From Macrostomum lignano (Eukaryota), in NCBI GenBank assembly GCA_002269645.1, contig NIVC01000554.1, positions 113,781 to 177,780 on the forward strand: a DNA stretch of 64,000 nucleotides, given 5' to 3'. This document shows positions 34,845-48,021 of this stretch, piece by piece. The position numbers and the translations under genes are program-made. Under the pieces are notes generated by a model. The model was not told the DNA's origin. It searched no databases and saw only the letters and a list, made by a program, of their open reading frames with translations. Every line of letters starts with the position of its first letter. The first letter of the stretch is position 1.

Positions 34845-35625
34845 AGGACCGTGAGTAGTGTCAGAGGCACTGTGAGTAGTGTCAGAGAGGCACTGTGAGT
34901 AGTGTCAGAGGCACTGTGAGGAGTGTCAGAGGCACTGTGAGTAGTGTCAGAAAGACACCGTGAGTAGTGTCAGAGAGGCACTGTGAGTAGTGTCAGAAAG
35001 ACACCGTGAGTAGTGTCAGAGAGGCACTGTGAGTAGTGTCAGAAAGACACCGTGAGTAGTGTCAGAGAGGCACTGTGAGTAGTGTCAGAGAGGCACTGTG
35101 AGTAGTGTCAGAAAGACACCGTGAGTAGTGTCAGAAAGACACCGTGAGTAGTGTCAGAGAGGCACTGTGAGTAGTGTCAGAAAGACACCGTGAGTAGTGT
35201 CAGAGAGGCACTGTGAGTAGTGTCAGAGGCACTGTGAGTAGTGTCAGAAAGACACCGTGAGTAGTGTCAGAGAGGCACTGTGAGTAGTGTCAGAGAGGCA
35301 CTGTGAGTAGTGTCAGAGAGGCACTGTGAGTAGTGTCAGAAAGACACCGTGAGTAGTGTCAGAGAGGCACTGTGAGTAGTGTCAGAGAGGCACTGTGAGT
35401 AGTGTCAGAAAGACACCGTGAGTAGTGTCAGAGAGGCACTGTGAGTAGTGTCAGAGAGGCACTGTGAGTAGTGTCAGAGAGGCACTGTGAGGAGTGTCAG
35501 AGAGACACTGTGAGGAGTGTCAGAGAGACACTGTGAGGAGTGTCAGAAAGACATGCACTGTGAGGAGTGTCAGAAAGACATGCACTGTGAGGAGTGTCAG
35601 AAAGACACCTTTAGGAGTGTCAGTA
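34845..35625. repeat. ~23-bp minisatellite (gtgagtagtgtcagagaggcact / gtgagtagtgtcagaaagacacc)n
   Basis: Two interleaved variants. Confidence 0.95.
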
Positions 35626-35906
35626 AAAGTACTCAGAATTGTAGGAATGTAAGAAGCAGCTTTTATTTCTAGGCATATTTTCTCCGAATCGAAATACAGA
35701 CGGACATAAATTGAACGTGGATTAATTTATTTTCAATTTCAACAGCTTGCAATTGTATGCAGCATTACGTAAGTCATGAAACAGGGAGATTAATTTAAAC
35801 AAGCTATGAGCGACATTTGATCGTGAAACTACAGTCTAATGACAAACTACGAGTACAGCCTAATGACAATCTACAGCCTAATGACAATCTACAGCCTAAT
35901 GACAAT

Positions 35907-38843
35907 CTACAGCTCCTGTCGTTTCTCTAACTCCAACTGAGGATTGACGGCTAGCAAGATTTTTCCCAAATTGGCGTTGGACTGCATCTTGGTGTGAGCG
36001 GCGGCCACCTGGGCGAAGGGAAACTCCGAGTCGATGACTGGCCTGAGGCGGCCCGACTCGAACAGCGGCATCGCTCGTTCAGCGAATTCGGACACCAGGC
36101 GAGCCTTGTACTGCAACAGCCGGGTTGGAAACAGATTGGGGTCGTGTGGTTGCCGGCGACACCTGCCTGCCCAGCCAAACTACCGATACTGGCACTGGTC
36201 TGGGGATACTGGCACTGTTCTGGAGATACTGGCACTGGTCTGGAGATACTGGCACTGGTCTAGAGATACTGGCACTGGTCTAGAGATACTGGCACTGGTC
36301 TGGGGATACTGGCACTGGTCTGGGGATACTGGCACTGGTCTGGGGATACTGGCACTGGTCTGGAGATACTGGCACTGGTCTGGGGATACTGGCACTGGTC
36401 TAGAGATACTGGCACTGGTCTGGGGATACTGGCACTGGTCTAGGGATACTGGCACTGGTCTGGAGATACTGGCACGGGTCTGGGGATACTGGCACTGGTC
36501 TAGAGATACTGGCACTGGTCTGGGGATACTGGCACTGGTCTGGGGATACTGGCACTGGTCTGGAGATACTGGCACTGGTCTGGGGATACTGGCACTGGTC
36601 TAGAGATACTGGCATTGGTCTGGGGATACTGGCACTGGTCTGGGGATACTGGCACTGGTCTGGAGATACTGGCACTGGTCTGGGGATACTGGCACTGGTC
36701 TAGAGATACTGGCATTGGTCTGGGGATACTGGAACTGGTCTGGGGATACTGGCACTGGTCTGGAGATACTGGCATTGGTCTGGGGATACTGGAACTGGTC
36801 TGGGGATACTGGCATTGGTCTGGAGATACTGGCACTGGTCTGGGGATACTGGCACTGGTCTAGAGATACTTGCACTGGTCTGGGGATACTGGCACTGGTC
36901 TGGGGATACTGGCACTGGTCTGGGGATATTGGCACTGGTCAGGGGATACTGGCACTGGTCAGGGGATACTGGCACTGGTCTGGGGATACTGGCACTGGTC
37001 TGGGGATACTGGCACTGGTCTGGGGATACTGGCACTGGTATAGAGACCCTGGCACTGGTATAGAGACCCTGGCACTGGTCTAGCGACCCTGGCACTGGTC
37101 TAGAGACCCTGGCACTGGTCTAGAGACCCTGGCACTGGTCTAGAGACCCTGGCACTGGTCTAGAGACCCTGGCACTGGTCTAGAGACCCTGGCACTGGTC
37201 TAGAGACCCTGGCACTGGTCTAGAGACCCTGGCACTGGTCTAGAGACCCTGGCACTGGTCTAGAGACCCTGGCACTGGTCTAGAGACCCTGCTCCAACCC
37301 CCAAGGCCTAATCAACAGACAATATTAGCAGTTGAGCTCACCTCATCCGGCCGATTCCTGAGCAGAGTGGCAATCAGACTGGCCCGTTTGCTCAGCAAAG
37401 CGCCAAGAAAGCCGCTGGCCTGCTCTGGCGGCAGGTCCGCCCCGCCCATCAGTCCGTACAGCACCCAGCGAGCGTCGGTGGCCAGGACGCGCGCATTGGC
37501 GCCAAGATGCGCTGCGCCGATACAGTCAAGCAGGACATTAACCCCGGCTGATGAGGTTGCGCTCAGCAGCTCGGCTGGCCAGTCCGGCTGCTCCCGATAG
37601 TTGAAGCAGCGCTCGGCTCCCAGCCTGACCGCTAGGCTGCACTTTTCAGCCGAGCCGGCCGTAGCGAAGGGCACCGCGCCAAACAGCTGTTTAGCCAGCT
37701 GCAGCGCCGCAGTGCCGACACCGCTGGCGCCGGCGTGCACCAGGACTCGTTCGCCGCTTCGAATGCTGCCAACGAACGACAGCAGCTGGTAGGCAGTCAG
37801 CCAGGCCTCAGGCAGGGCACCGGCGTCTCTCAGCGACATGCTGTCAGGAATGCGGATTGCCTGACGACAATTGAGTAGGCGGCAAGAGATGAGACCAGTT
37901 GGCCCTAGCTACCGGTATAGTCCCTAGCAACCACAGGAACTATAAGCCCTAGCAACCACAGGAACGATAGGCCCTAGCAACCACAGGAACTATAAGCCCT
38001 AGCAACCACAGTAACTATAAGTCCTAGCAACCACAGGAATTATAGGCCCTAGCAACCACAGGAACTATAGCCCCCAGCAACCACAGGAACTATAGCCCCC
38101 AACAACCACAGGAATAATAAGCCCAGCAACCACAGGAACTATAGGCCCTAGCAACCACAGGAACTATAAGCCCTAGCAACCACAGGAACTATAGCCCCCA
38201 GCAACCACAGGAATAATAAGCCCAGCAACCACAGGAACTATAGGCCCTAGCAACCACAGGAACTATAAGCCCTAGCAACCACAGGAACTATAGCCCCCAG
38301 CAACCACAGGAATAAAAAGCCCAGCAACCACAGGAACTATAGGCCCTAGCAACCACAGGAATAATAAGCCCAGCAACCACAGGAACTATAGGCCCTAGCA
38401 ACCACAGGAACTATAAGCCCTAGCAACCACAGGAACTATAGTTCCTAGGCAAGTAATTAAAAGCATTTAGCATAGCAACTAGAGTTGCTAAACTTCACAA
38501 GCCCCGGACTCACCAGCTCTGCGGACACATTAACATAGTCTGCGTAGCCGCCGCCAGCGAGCAGTGCCATAACCCGATCGCCTGGTCGAAATCTCGAAGC
38601 CATACCGACATTGCCTGGGCCAACCTGTTTGACCAGACCTGACACCTCCAATCCCATGATGTTCGAAGCACCTTTCGGCGGATTGTATCTACCCATTCTC
38701 TGCAACAGGTCGGCTCGGTTCAGTCCCGTGTAGGCTACCTGGATTAGCAGTTCACCTGGCGCCGCCTGCGGCACTGGCACGTCATGAGCGAGTCGCATGG
38801 ACTCGTCGGGTGGTCCCGGTTTGTCAACCAGTACAGCCCGCAT
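35907..38843 (-). CDS. TP53I3: Quinone oxidoreductase PIG3-like (MDR family), 350 aa
   Basis: Exons 38843-38514, 37860-37342 and 36110-35907, all phase 0. Motifs NRADLLQRxGxYxPPxGAS, GGGYA, LPEAWLTAYQ, HAGASGVG, WVLYGLMGG and N-x-GKI. Confidence 0.93.
36180..37292. repeat. 20-bp minisatellite (ggcactggtctggggatact)n in PIG3 intron 2
   Basis: About 55 units; the variant switches to ggcactggtctagagaccct near 37040. Confidence 0.97.
37920..38445. repeat. ~25-bp minisatellite (gccctagcaaccacaggaactataa)n in PIG3 intron 1
   Basis: Tandem units visible directly. Confidence 0.95.
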
Positions 38844-39014
38844 TGACAGACTTCTGGCGCCTGAGGCCGACTGCGGATTGACAATGGAATTCGAACTGCC
38901 ATTATCGACACATCTAAGCTATCCATGCACTTTAGTTACGCTGTATTTTATTAAGATCTTGAACCTTTTTTATAGTACGAGCATTTTTTCAATTTTCGTG
39001 GAACTGAATTTTTT

Positions 39015-39185
39015 TATGGCTTCAGGTGGGACTAGCATCCTTATCTATGGCTTCAGGCGGAGCTGGCATACTTATCTATGGCTTCAGGTGGAGCTGGCAT
39101 ACTTATCTATGGCTTCAGGTGGGACTGGCATACTTATCTATGGCTTCAGGTGAAGTCCATACTTATCTATGGTTTCAGGTGGGAC
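39015..39185. repeat. 31-bp tandem repeat (tggcttcaggtggagctggcatacttatcta)
   Basis: About 5 units. Confidence 0.9.
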
Positions 39186-41689
39186 TGATTTCCATAAACC
39201 AAAATTTTTATATAATTTCAATGTCTATACCCTTAAGTATATTACCTTCATACAATACCTTTAATAATAAAACTATCCTAAAACTACTATAAAGCAATTC
39301 TACATATTCCATTGATTCCTATGTATATAAAAATATAGATATAGATATGCTCAGCAGACTCTAGGTTGTTTATGTAATAAAATTTTGTCTAACAAATATC
39401 TGAGCTAACTGACAAGTAGATTAATGATTTTTAGGTGATTGAAAGGGATTTTAGTTTTTTGTTAATGAGGTATAGTGTATTCACCATAATTTAAAAAACA
39501 GTATCTACTTTGTTTAAAATGTTGACAACTATTTTTAAACTTGTCCCAATTTTTAAATTAAGTAAAATTTTAAAATGTAAGGTATGACCACATCATAGCC
39601 ACAAAAGACAACATATATTATATAGCCTAGTATTCTATTAACTGCTTTAGCATAAGCCATTTTCTAGGAAACTATTATTTTAATAAAACTAATACACATA
39701 TCAGCTTAGTATATATTAGTTAATATAATTATATCAATGAAAAAATCTTTTAAATACCTCTATAATCCCTTCTTGACATTTTTTTCTACATTTTGTTGCC
39801 AAATGGCTGTTACTAAGGTGGCTATTACCAAAGTACTATAGTCTAGAAGAAGGCATATACACTGGGAATTTCTGGGGTACACTCAAGAAATTTGGCATAC
39901 ATGTTAGCATACAAAAAGTGATTTTGGGCTTTTGGTATTTGGTGTACATGTTTAATATTTTGGTGTGACATGTATAAAAAAAATTGTTATTAATAATAGT
40001 TGTCCATGCATTAGGCCCTATAGGCCCTAATACTATAAACTAGGCCAGGCTTCCAGACCAGCCAGGGCCTAGATCTAAAATCTAAAGAATTTAAACAAAA
40101 ATTCTGAAGGTACTAAAAGGTTTAACTGATGCTTAGAAGATTAATCTAAAGGCTTTGCTGCTTAGTTCCATTTCCAGGCAACTGGCATAAGCCATAGTCA
40201 ATCACTCGACACTCATAGCTAGGCCTAAACTTTGGCCTACTTAAACTTTTGAGCCCCTTATAAGCAATGAAATGGCTTCATTGAAATAAATTTAGGTCAA
40301 TAACTTACTGAAAATTTCCAAAGCTGGGCTGAAATTCTCGGTAGAAAGGTAAATAACATTCCACAGGCCGTTGTCAAAAGCAAGAGATAAAAACACACGT
40401 GATTCATTTTTAACTGATTTCTTTCGAGGAAAGTTGGAATTACAAATTTCGTATTTATAGAACAGTTCATATAAAGATGATGAACTCATTAGACAGTTTA
40501 TTCGCGAGGGAAGCAAATAGCTATTAAACAGCTATTTAAAATTAAATGAACTTTAAATTAAGCGGATATTATACAATCAAAGTATAGATATATTTCCTGA
40601 CGCAGCTAAATTTCCGTAGCTAATTATAGATTTTCATTGTTTTATTCAGGGCGGATAAAGTATATATAAAATGCTCAACGTCCGTATTCAATAAAATGTA
40701 CGGAAAATTGTGAAATGCTAATGCTAATGTGTAACTGTAATGTTTGTTTAAAAAAAGAAATAAAATAGTAAGGAAATAGAAAGTTATGTACTGAAGATAA
40801 AGAAATATCAAGGACTACTAATTATAATTAGCATGGCTTAAGGACGATTGTGTAACATTAGGCCTAATTAAGTCGTCCTTGAGAAATGCATGTACAAATG
40901 TACACTGCAGCGCAGTACACGCCCATGTATTGTACCTGTTCCCGCTCCGGATCAATGCAAATTGAATTTACCAATTCTATATATACATATGTACAGCTTT
41001 TTCACGCGCACGCTTCGATATTTACACAGCATATGTTCTTTATGTTCGACATTTATGTTCGACACAGCATAAATGCTATCACCCAACTAGTTCAATATAA
41101 ATAGCAGGTGCATATACATACACTATGAATTAATTGTTTTATTCAGGGTAACTTTTCAGCGTAAAATTTTTTCAGCGTAATTTAATTTTCAGTATACATG
41201 CATGTGCACTGGCAATTGTACATGGGGGTACTACATGTGACATGTTACATGCATTGTACGCTCGTATGTACCATCTACATATGTATGATGTGTACATGTA
41301 ACACATGGTCTCAACCGGTTAGAACTGATCCAGAAGAGAGCCGATTTTAGAGTGCTCTCAACTGGCAACTCGCCTATTTGCAGGAAGCGAGTACTGCATA
41401 CTTGAAGGAGCTGAAAGTATTCAAGTCCAATTTAATTACACGTACATTATTGGCATATATTGGCATTGGAAAATTCCATGCAGGACTGAAAACCGTCCAA
41501 AATAAAAGGATAAAAGGAGCACTCAACAATAAGGCAGTTAATTAAATGAAATCTTTTGAGACAAAAGCAGCATCTCTCTCTCTCTCTCTCTCCAACTCAA
41601 GCATGCTCAACTGAAAGTGACTAGTATTCATGCAATGGTGCTCAGTCTTCAAGACCACTTGAATGCCAATTATTTCATGTAGCTATACA

Positions 41690-41699
41690 CGCACACACA

Positions 41700-41746
<47 letters not shown>
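41690..41746. repeat. (CA)n microsatellite
   Basis: Visible directly. Confidence 0.95.
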
Positions 41747-41747
<1 letters not shown>

Positions 41748-42285
41748 AATAAATCTTATACAATAAATATTCTCGATTAGCCCAAACAAATCTATCGAAT
41801 TGCGGGTTTGCGTGTCTCGAAAGTGCCGCCTCAAGATTTTATTCATTAATTTTTCAGCCTCAAATTGAATTGCCATCCGCTTCTTCTGGATAAGCTCCAG
41901 ATAGCACGGACTACTCGATACTCTTGCATTTACCTTGTCAGCTATTTTTACGAAGGCGAATATCAAAGACGAAGATACTCATCAATCAAGATAAATAGCA
42001 AGTCACACAAAAACCAGCAGTGATTTCAGAAACCCATTTGCCCGCATGATCAAACCAGCTGGCTATTATTGTGAAAAAATGGAAAATCAAAAACATACTG
42101 TTAATAATAATCAACTGCATTAATATTTTATTAATGATCGAAATTCAAACCACCAGAATGTGTTGCTGTTTTTTAGAATCAAACGATGGTTTTCAACAGC
42201 TGGGTGCAGCTGCAGAGTGTACATGCAGTTCGAGTCTTTTATCATCCAAGTCTTGCCCATGAGCAGCTCAATAATGCTTCATCGG

Positions 42286-42627
42286 TCAGTTCTCTCCCCT
42301 TCTCAGTCGGAAAATCATCGAATCGAAATTCGGCGGCGCTCCATTCGAATTCAGCATCTCCAGCTGCTTCATCAGCTTGTCGAAGTCGCCGCCGCCTCTG
42401 TTTCGCTTTATCGACAGCATCCGGTCGATGTCGCTGTTGTAGGCGCGGTCGCTTTTCTTCTTGAAGGTCACGTACCGATGGTCCAGCAGGCCGCTCCGCT
42501 GCTGCCGCCCGGATGTCGGAGCCGCAAATGCCGCGGACGACGTTGTCGATGACGTCATCATTACCAGGGCGAGGCCGCAGACGGCCAGGCTCAGGGCGAA
42601 GAGGTGACGCAGCGCTGCTGAGGACAT
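42286..42627 (-). CDS. Small secreted protein, candidate neuropeptide precursor (113 aa)
   Basis: GC-rich single ORF. N-terminal hydrophobic stretch LFALSLAVCGLALVMM with an AFA-AP-type cleavage site, basic sites KKK, KR and RR, no downstream Cys. No family recognised with certainty. Confidence 0.6.
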   Translation of the reverse strand: MSSAALRHLFALSLAVCGLALVMMTSSTTSSAAFAAPTSGRQQRSGLLDHRYVTFKKKSDRAYNSDIDRMLSIKRNRGGGDFDKLMKQLEMLNSNGAPPNFDSMIFRLRRGEN

Positions 42628-42728
42628 GCCGCGGGTGCTGGGCTAATTTCCTGAGGCGAACAGAATGCGGAAGAAATGTTTGTACTGCGATGAAGCTGTT
42701 GGTTGACTAAGCGGGGGCTTGAACAGAA

Positions 42729-43060
42729 GGGTTAGGGCTACATTAGGGTTAAGGGCTAGAGTAGGGTTAGGGCTAGAGTAGGGTTAGGGCTAGAGTAGGG
42801 TTAGGGCTAGAGTAGGGTTAGGGCTAGAGCAGGGTTAGGGCTAGAGTAGGGTTAGGGCTAGAGTAGGGTTGGGGCTAGAGTAGGGTTGGGGCTAGAGTAG
42901 GGTTAGGGCTAGAGTAGGGTTAGGGCTAGAGTAGGGTTAGGGCTAGAGTAGGGTTAGGGCTAGAGTAGGGTTAGGGCTAGAGTAGGGTTAGGGCTAGAGT
43001 AGGGTTAGGGCTAGAGTAGGGTTGGGGCTATATTAGGGTTAGGGCTACATTAGGGTCAAG
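42729..43060. repeat. Telomere-like 17-bp array (tagggttagggctagag)n
   Basis: Most units contain TTAGGG plus degenerate copies. Confidence 0.9.
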
Positions 43061-43974
43061 GCAATAAGTTTAGGTTAGAGTGGCCTAGAGCTTAGAGAAG
43101 ATTACAGGGTCTCAATCAATTATCCAGATTTTTACCGTCCAAAGTCGGCTTACAGAGTTTCTAGTGAAAAATAACAATTGGTTTCCTTAATTATAGGACA
43201 GACAGAACCCGACGATCGTATAGCTTCGAGAATCGACAACTGGGTGCGCAGTCCCAACACCCAACAGCCCAGCTATTATAGCAGTATGGCATGCCAGTTG
43301 CCCCAACTGATGCCATTGGTCGGGCAGACATGCTATCGAAGATTCTAGCTCTGCGGCAGAGCCTTTCAAGTGCTCATGCATCAGAGCCGCCGAAGACCTG
43401 TCGAGAGTAGAGAGTGAAAAATAGAGACACAGGTTCAGAACATAAAAATGCAGCAATTGCCTGGCAAACACCCCCTGTCCCACACACGAAAGACTCGCAT
43501 GTTTAAATCAATCAATAGACGCTGGTCCCGAGACACATGAGCTTTTTCTCCACATTGAAGCTACACGTGTTAATATTTTATCGAGAGGACAAACGAACAG
43601 CTAGGGATCTGTAATTGCAATGCAACACTTTTCTCTCCCCATTCCTCGTGTCCCAGGAGAGGCGCGCGCTCACGAGATTGATACGAACTTGAACTCTAAA
43701 TACTGAAGCTTAGCGATATAACAGCCAATAGAATATAGCTCGTAATAGCAATGCAAAACTTTAATTGCTCTGTCAGTTGACGACAATAACTTCTCTATTA
43801 TTTATTACTAGAAAGTGGATGCAGTTTAACACACACTCACAGAACTGAGACCATGATGCTCATAAATAATTAATTAACAATGAACAGCTGTGGGTGTTCT
43901 TGGAGGTTTAAAAACTAGAAACAATTAACACAGAAAACTTAATCCGAACTAAATAGAGACAAAGTAAAAACAAA

Positions 43975-44830
43975 CTAGTTATGAGACTGCTCACTGAGTG
44001 ACAGAGCCAGATATGAGACTGCTCACTGAGTGACTGACAGAGCCAGTTATGAGACTGCTCACTGAGTGACAGAGCCAGTTATGAGACTGCTCACTGAGTG
44101 ACTGACAGAGCCAGTTATGAGACTGCTCACTGAGTGACTGACAGAGCCAGTTATGAGACTTCTCACTGAGTGACTGACAGAGCCAGTTATGAGACTGCTC
44201 ACTGAGTGACTGACAGAGCCAGTTATGAAACTGCTCACTGAGTGACTGACAGAGCCAGTTAAGAGACTTCTCACTGAGTGACTGACAGAGCCAGTTATGA
44301 GACTGCTCACTGAGTGACTGACAGAGCCAGTTAAGAGACTGCTCACTGAGTGACTGACAGAGCCAGTTATGAGACTGCTCACTGAGTGACTGACAGAGCC
44401 AGTTATGAGACTGCTCACTGAGTGACTGACAGAGCCAGTTATGAGACTGCTCACTGAGTGACAGAGCCAGTTATGAGACTGCTCACTGAGTGACTGACAG
44501 AGCCAGTTATGAGACTGCTCACTGAGTGACTGACAGAGCCAGTTATGAGACTTCTCACTGAGTGACTGACAGAGCCAGTTATGAGACTGCTCACTGAGTG
44601 ACAGAGCCAGTTATAAGACTGCTCACTGAGTGACAGAGCCAGTTATGAGACTGCTCACTGAGTGACAGAGCCAGTTATGAGACTGCTCACTGAGTGACTG
44701 ACAGAGCCAGTTATGAGACTGCTCACTGACTGACAGAGCCAGTTATGAGACTGCTCACTGAGTGACAGAGCCAGTTATGAAACTGCTCACTGAGTGACAG
44801 AGCCAGTTATGAGACTGCTCACTGAGTACT
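43975..44830. repeat. 36/32-bp minisatellite (gagccagttatgagactgctcactgagtgactgaca)n
   Basis: Tandem units visible directly. Confidence 0.97.
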
Positions 44831-45058
44831 GAACAACGAATTCTGAATTACTGATTTATGCTGCTAATAGACCAGCCAACGATATTAAAATTCTGGCCAG
44901 GTCACATTTACTGGAGGGAAAGCAAGACATGCTCCTGCCTGATTTTGGAACAGTGACATTTAAATGCAAATCAATGCAACTATAGTTCATGTAAACAAGC
45001 AATAACTAAAAAATAGTCAAGTTCCTTGGTCTCTATCTGACAGAGACAGATAGACAAA

Positions 45059-45059
<1 letters not shown>

Positions 45060-45122
<63 letters not shown>

Positions 45123-45142
45123 AGTCCGTCTGTCTGTCTGTC

Positions 45143-45196
<54 letters not shown>

Positions 45197-45220
45197 AGTC
45201 CGTCTGTCTGTCTGTCTGTC

Positions 45221-45282
<62 letters not shown>

Positions 45283-45283
45283 A

Positions 45284-45371
<88 letters not shown>

Positions 45372-45375
45372 GTCT
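45060..45375. repeat. (TCTG)n microsatellite
   Basis: Visible directly. Confidence 0.97.
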
Positions 45376-46242
45376 GACCAGTCAATCAGCAAGCAGCGAC
45401 AGAAGCGCGGGAAGCTGAAAATGAGGAAGTCACCAGTCAACTTACGAATTAAATAGAAAAAAATTTGGGAACTTCAGTTGGTAGCAACTTAGCATGCAAG
45501 CAATTGCCTGTTATTTGATTTATTAATTTTCAATTCCAGCCTTTGATACAGTTACTAAGCAGCATTACACTTTACAACAGTTGCTAATGACTTGCTAGGT
45601 ACAAAAGTTAAGGATGGTAATTAATTATAAAGTAATTAATATAGAAACTATTTACGCCCAACAATTGTTAATAACTAGAAAATACATAAAGCTAACCGAA
45701 AGATTCCTCATCACAAAGATAGCTAATAGGATGAATATTATTCGAGTTTACAGAAACAATAATAACAATTTTAATAATTTATACAAGGAAACTGACCAGA
45801 CCTTCTCAACAGTCGGACAAGCACAGGTGAAATTATTAATGGGTTAAGACACACGGGCACACGATACACTGTTGGATGCATGTATATGAAAGTTTGCCGT
45901 AGAAGTTAAAAAATAAACTCAAAAAAATATATCGCAACGCCGGGTTATAATGAGTCATAGTTAATGTAGAGCGGATGATTTATGGGTAGACAGATTGTAA
46001 AACAAGCGCACTGAACACCGCGGGAGTCCAGGACTGCTAAATATGACAAGGACAGCAGCGGGGCACTTGGCACGGATAAAAGCATTACCGAGTTGTGTGA
46101 GGTCGCATCCAATGGATGGGTTGGAGGGGGTGCCGTTGTTAAGCAAAAATGCGACAGAAAAACCCAGTTACCGAATTTAAGCAGCGAAAAAATTAACCAA
46201 CACAATTAGTTGAAGTAGGAATTAAGCAGAAAAATCAATGAT

Positions 46243-47092
46243 CGGAGGGTATGAAGGAGGGTATACCCGCTGAAAGGATCGGAGGGTATGAAGGAGGGTA
46301 TACCCACTGAAGGGATCGGAGGGTATGAAGGAGGGTAATACCCGCTGAAGGGATCGGAGGGTATGAAGGAGGGTAATACCCGCTGAAGGGATCGGAGGGT
46401 ATGAAGGAGGGTATACCCGCTGAAGGGATCAGAGGGTATGAAGGAGGGTATACCCGCTGAAGGGGATCGGAGGGTATGAAGGAGGGTAATACCCGCTGAA
46501 GGGATCAGAGGGTATGAAGGAGGGTATACCCGCTGAAGGGATCAGAGGGTATGAAGGAGGGTATACCCGCTGAAGGGATCAGAGGGTATGAAGGAGGGCA
46601 ATACCCGCTGAAGGGATCAGAGGGTATGAAGGAGGGCAATACCCGCTGAAGGAGATCGGAGGGTATGAAGGAGGGTATACCCGCTGAAAGGATCGGAGGG
46701 TATGAAGGAGGGTATACCCGCTGAAGGGACCGGAGGGTATGAAGGAGGGTAATACCCGCTGAAGGGACCAGAGGGTATGAAGGAGGGTATACCCGCTGAG
46801 AGGATCAGAGGGTATGAAGGAGGGCAATACCCGCTGAAGGGATCAGAGGGTATGAAGGAGGGCAATACCCGCTGAAGGAGATCGGAGGGTATGAAGGAGG
46901 GTATACCCGCTGAAGGGACCGGAGGGTATGAAGGAGGGTAATACCCGCTGAAGGGATCGGAGGGTATGAAGGAGGGTATACCCGCTGAAGGGACCGGAGG
47001 GTATGAAGGAGGGTAATACCCGCTGAAGGGATCGGAGGGTATGAAGGAGGGTAATACCCGCTGAAGGGGATCGGAAGGTATGAAGGAGGGCA
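46243..47092. repeat. ~37-bp minisatellite (gagggtatgaaggagggtatacccgctgaagggatcg)n
   Basis: Tandem units visible directly. Confidence 0.95.
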
Positions 47093-47611
47093 CGCCACTG
47101 ACACAAGTACAGATGCAACTGAAAGCAAATTCAAGCAGTAAATTGAGACACAAAACGCAGAAAATGTTTCCTAAAACTTTCTTGCCTGACACCGAACTTA
47201 CAATAAATTCGAAATGTTAGCAGAATGTTAAAATTTTGGAACAGAAATAAAAAATCGTGATGGTTTTTTAATTACCCGTGGATCGAATTATAGAATTAAC
47301 AATGAATTTGAATTTGCAATGCAAAACAGGTAAATGATAGATTCTCCTGACTCAAATTAATCGATTTTTCAGCTCAAAAACTTTATGCATTAAAAACTTT
47401 AAAACAAATACAAAACTACTGACAAAAAGTAGAGAATTGGGGCACTAACGATATTTTAGGCGAAATTTACTCAACAGAATTTGAGAATTAGTATATTTGG
47501 AATTATTAAAGGATATAGATTCTGCTGAGATACCAATAAATAAATTTGGTTTGGGAGCCAACTTCGCTGCTTTAGGCGCCGATCTTAGATTTCAGAAATT
47601 TAAAAAATTTA

Positions 47612-47960
47612 AGCGCCAATTGATGATGATGATTGAGCGCCAATTCATGATGATTGAGCGCCAATTTATGATGATGATTGAGCGCCAATTCATGATGATT
47701 GAGCGCCAATTAATGATGATGATTGAGCGCCAATTCATGATGATTGAGCGCCAATTCATGATGATGATTGAGCGCCAATTCATGATGATGATTGAGCTCC
47801 AATTTATGATGATTGAGCGCCAATTCATGATGATGATTGAGCGCCAATTCATGATGATGATTGAGCTCCAATTTATGATGATTGAGCGCCAATTCATGAT
47901 GATGATTGAGCGCCAATTCATGACGATGGTTGAGCGCCAATTCATGATGATTGAGCGCCA
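47612..47960. repeat. 21/24-bp minisatellite (attgagcgccaattcatgatg[atg])n
   Basis: Tandem units just downstream of the XPO4 stop. Confidence 0.95.
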
Positions 47961-48021
47961 ACTTAAGGGGGCTGAACTTCTACAAAACTTGTCGATTAAC
48001 GCGCGAAAGCCCACCAGCCAG

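Noticed and set aside
36034-37095. Trp/His-rich and Cys/Pro-rich repeat ORFs
   Set aside because: Translations of the 20-bp array inside PIG3 intron 2.
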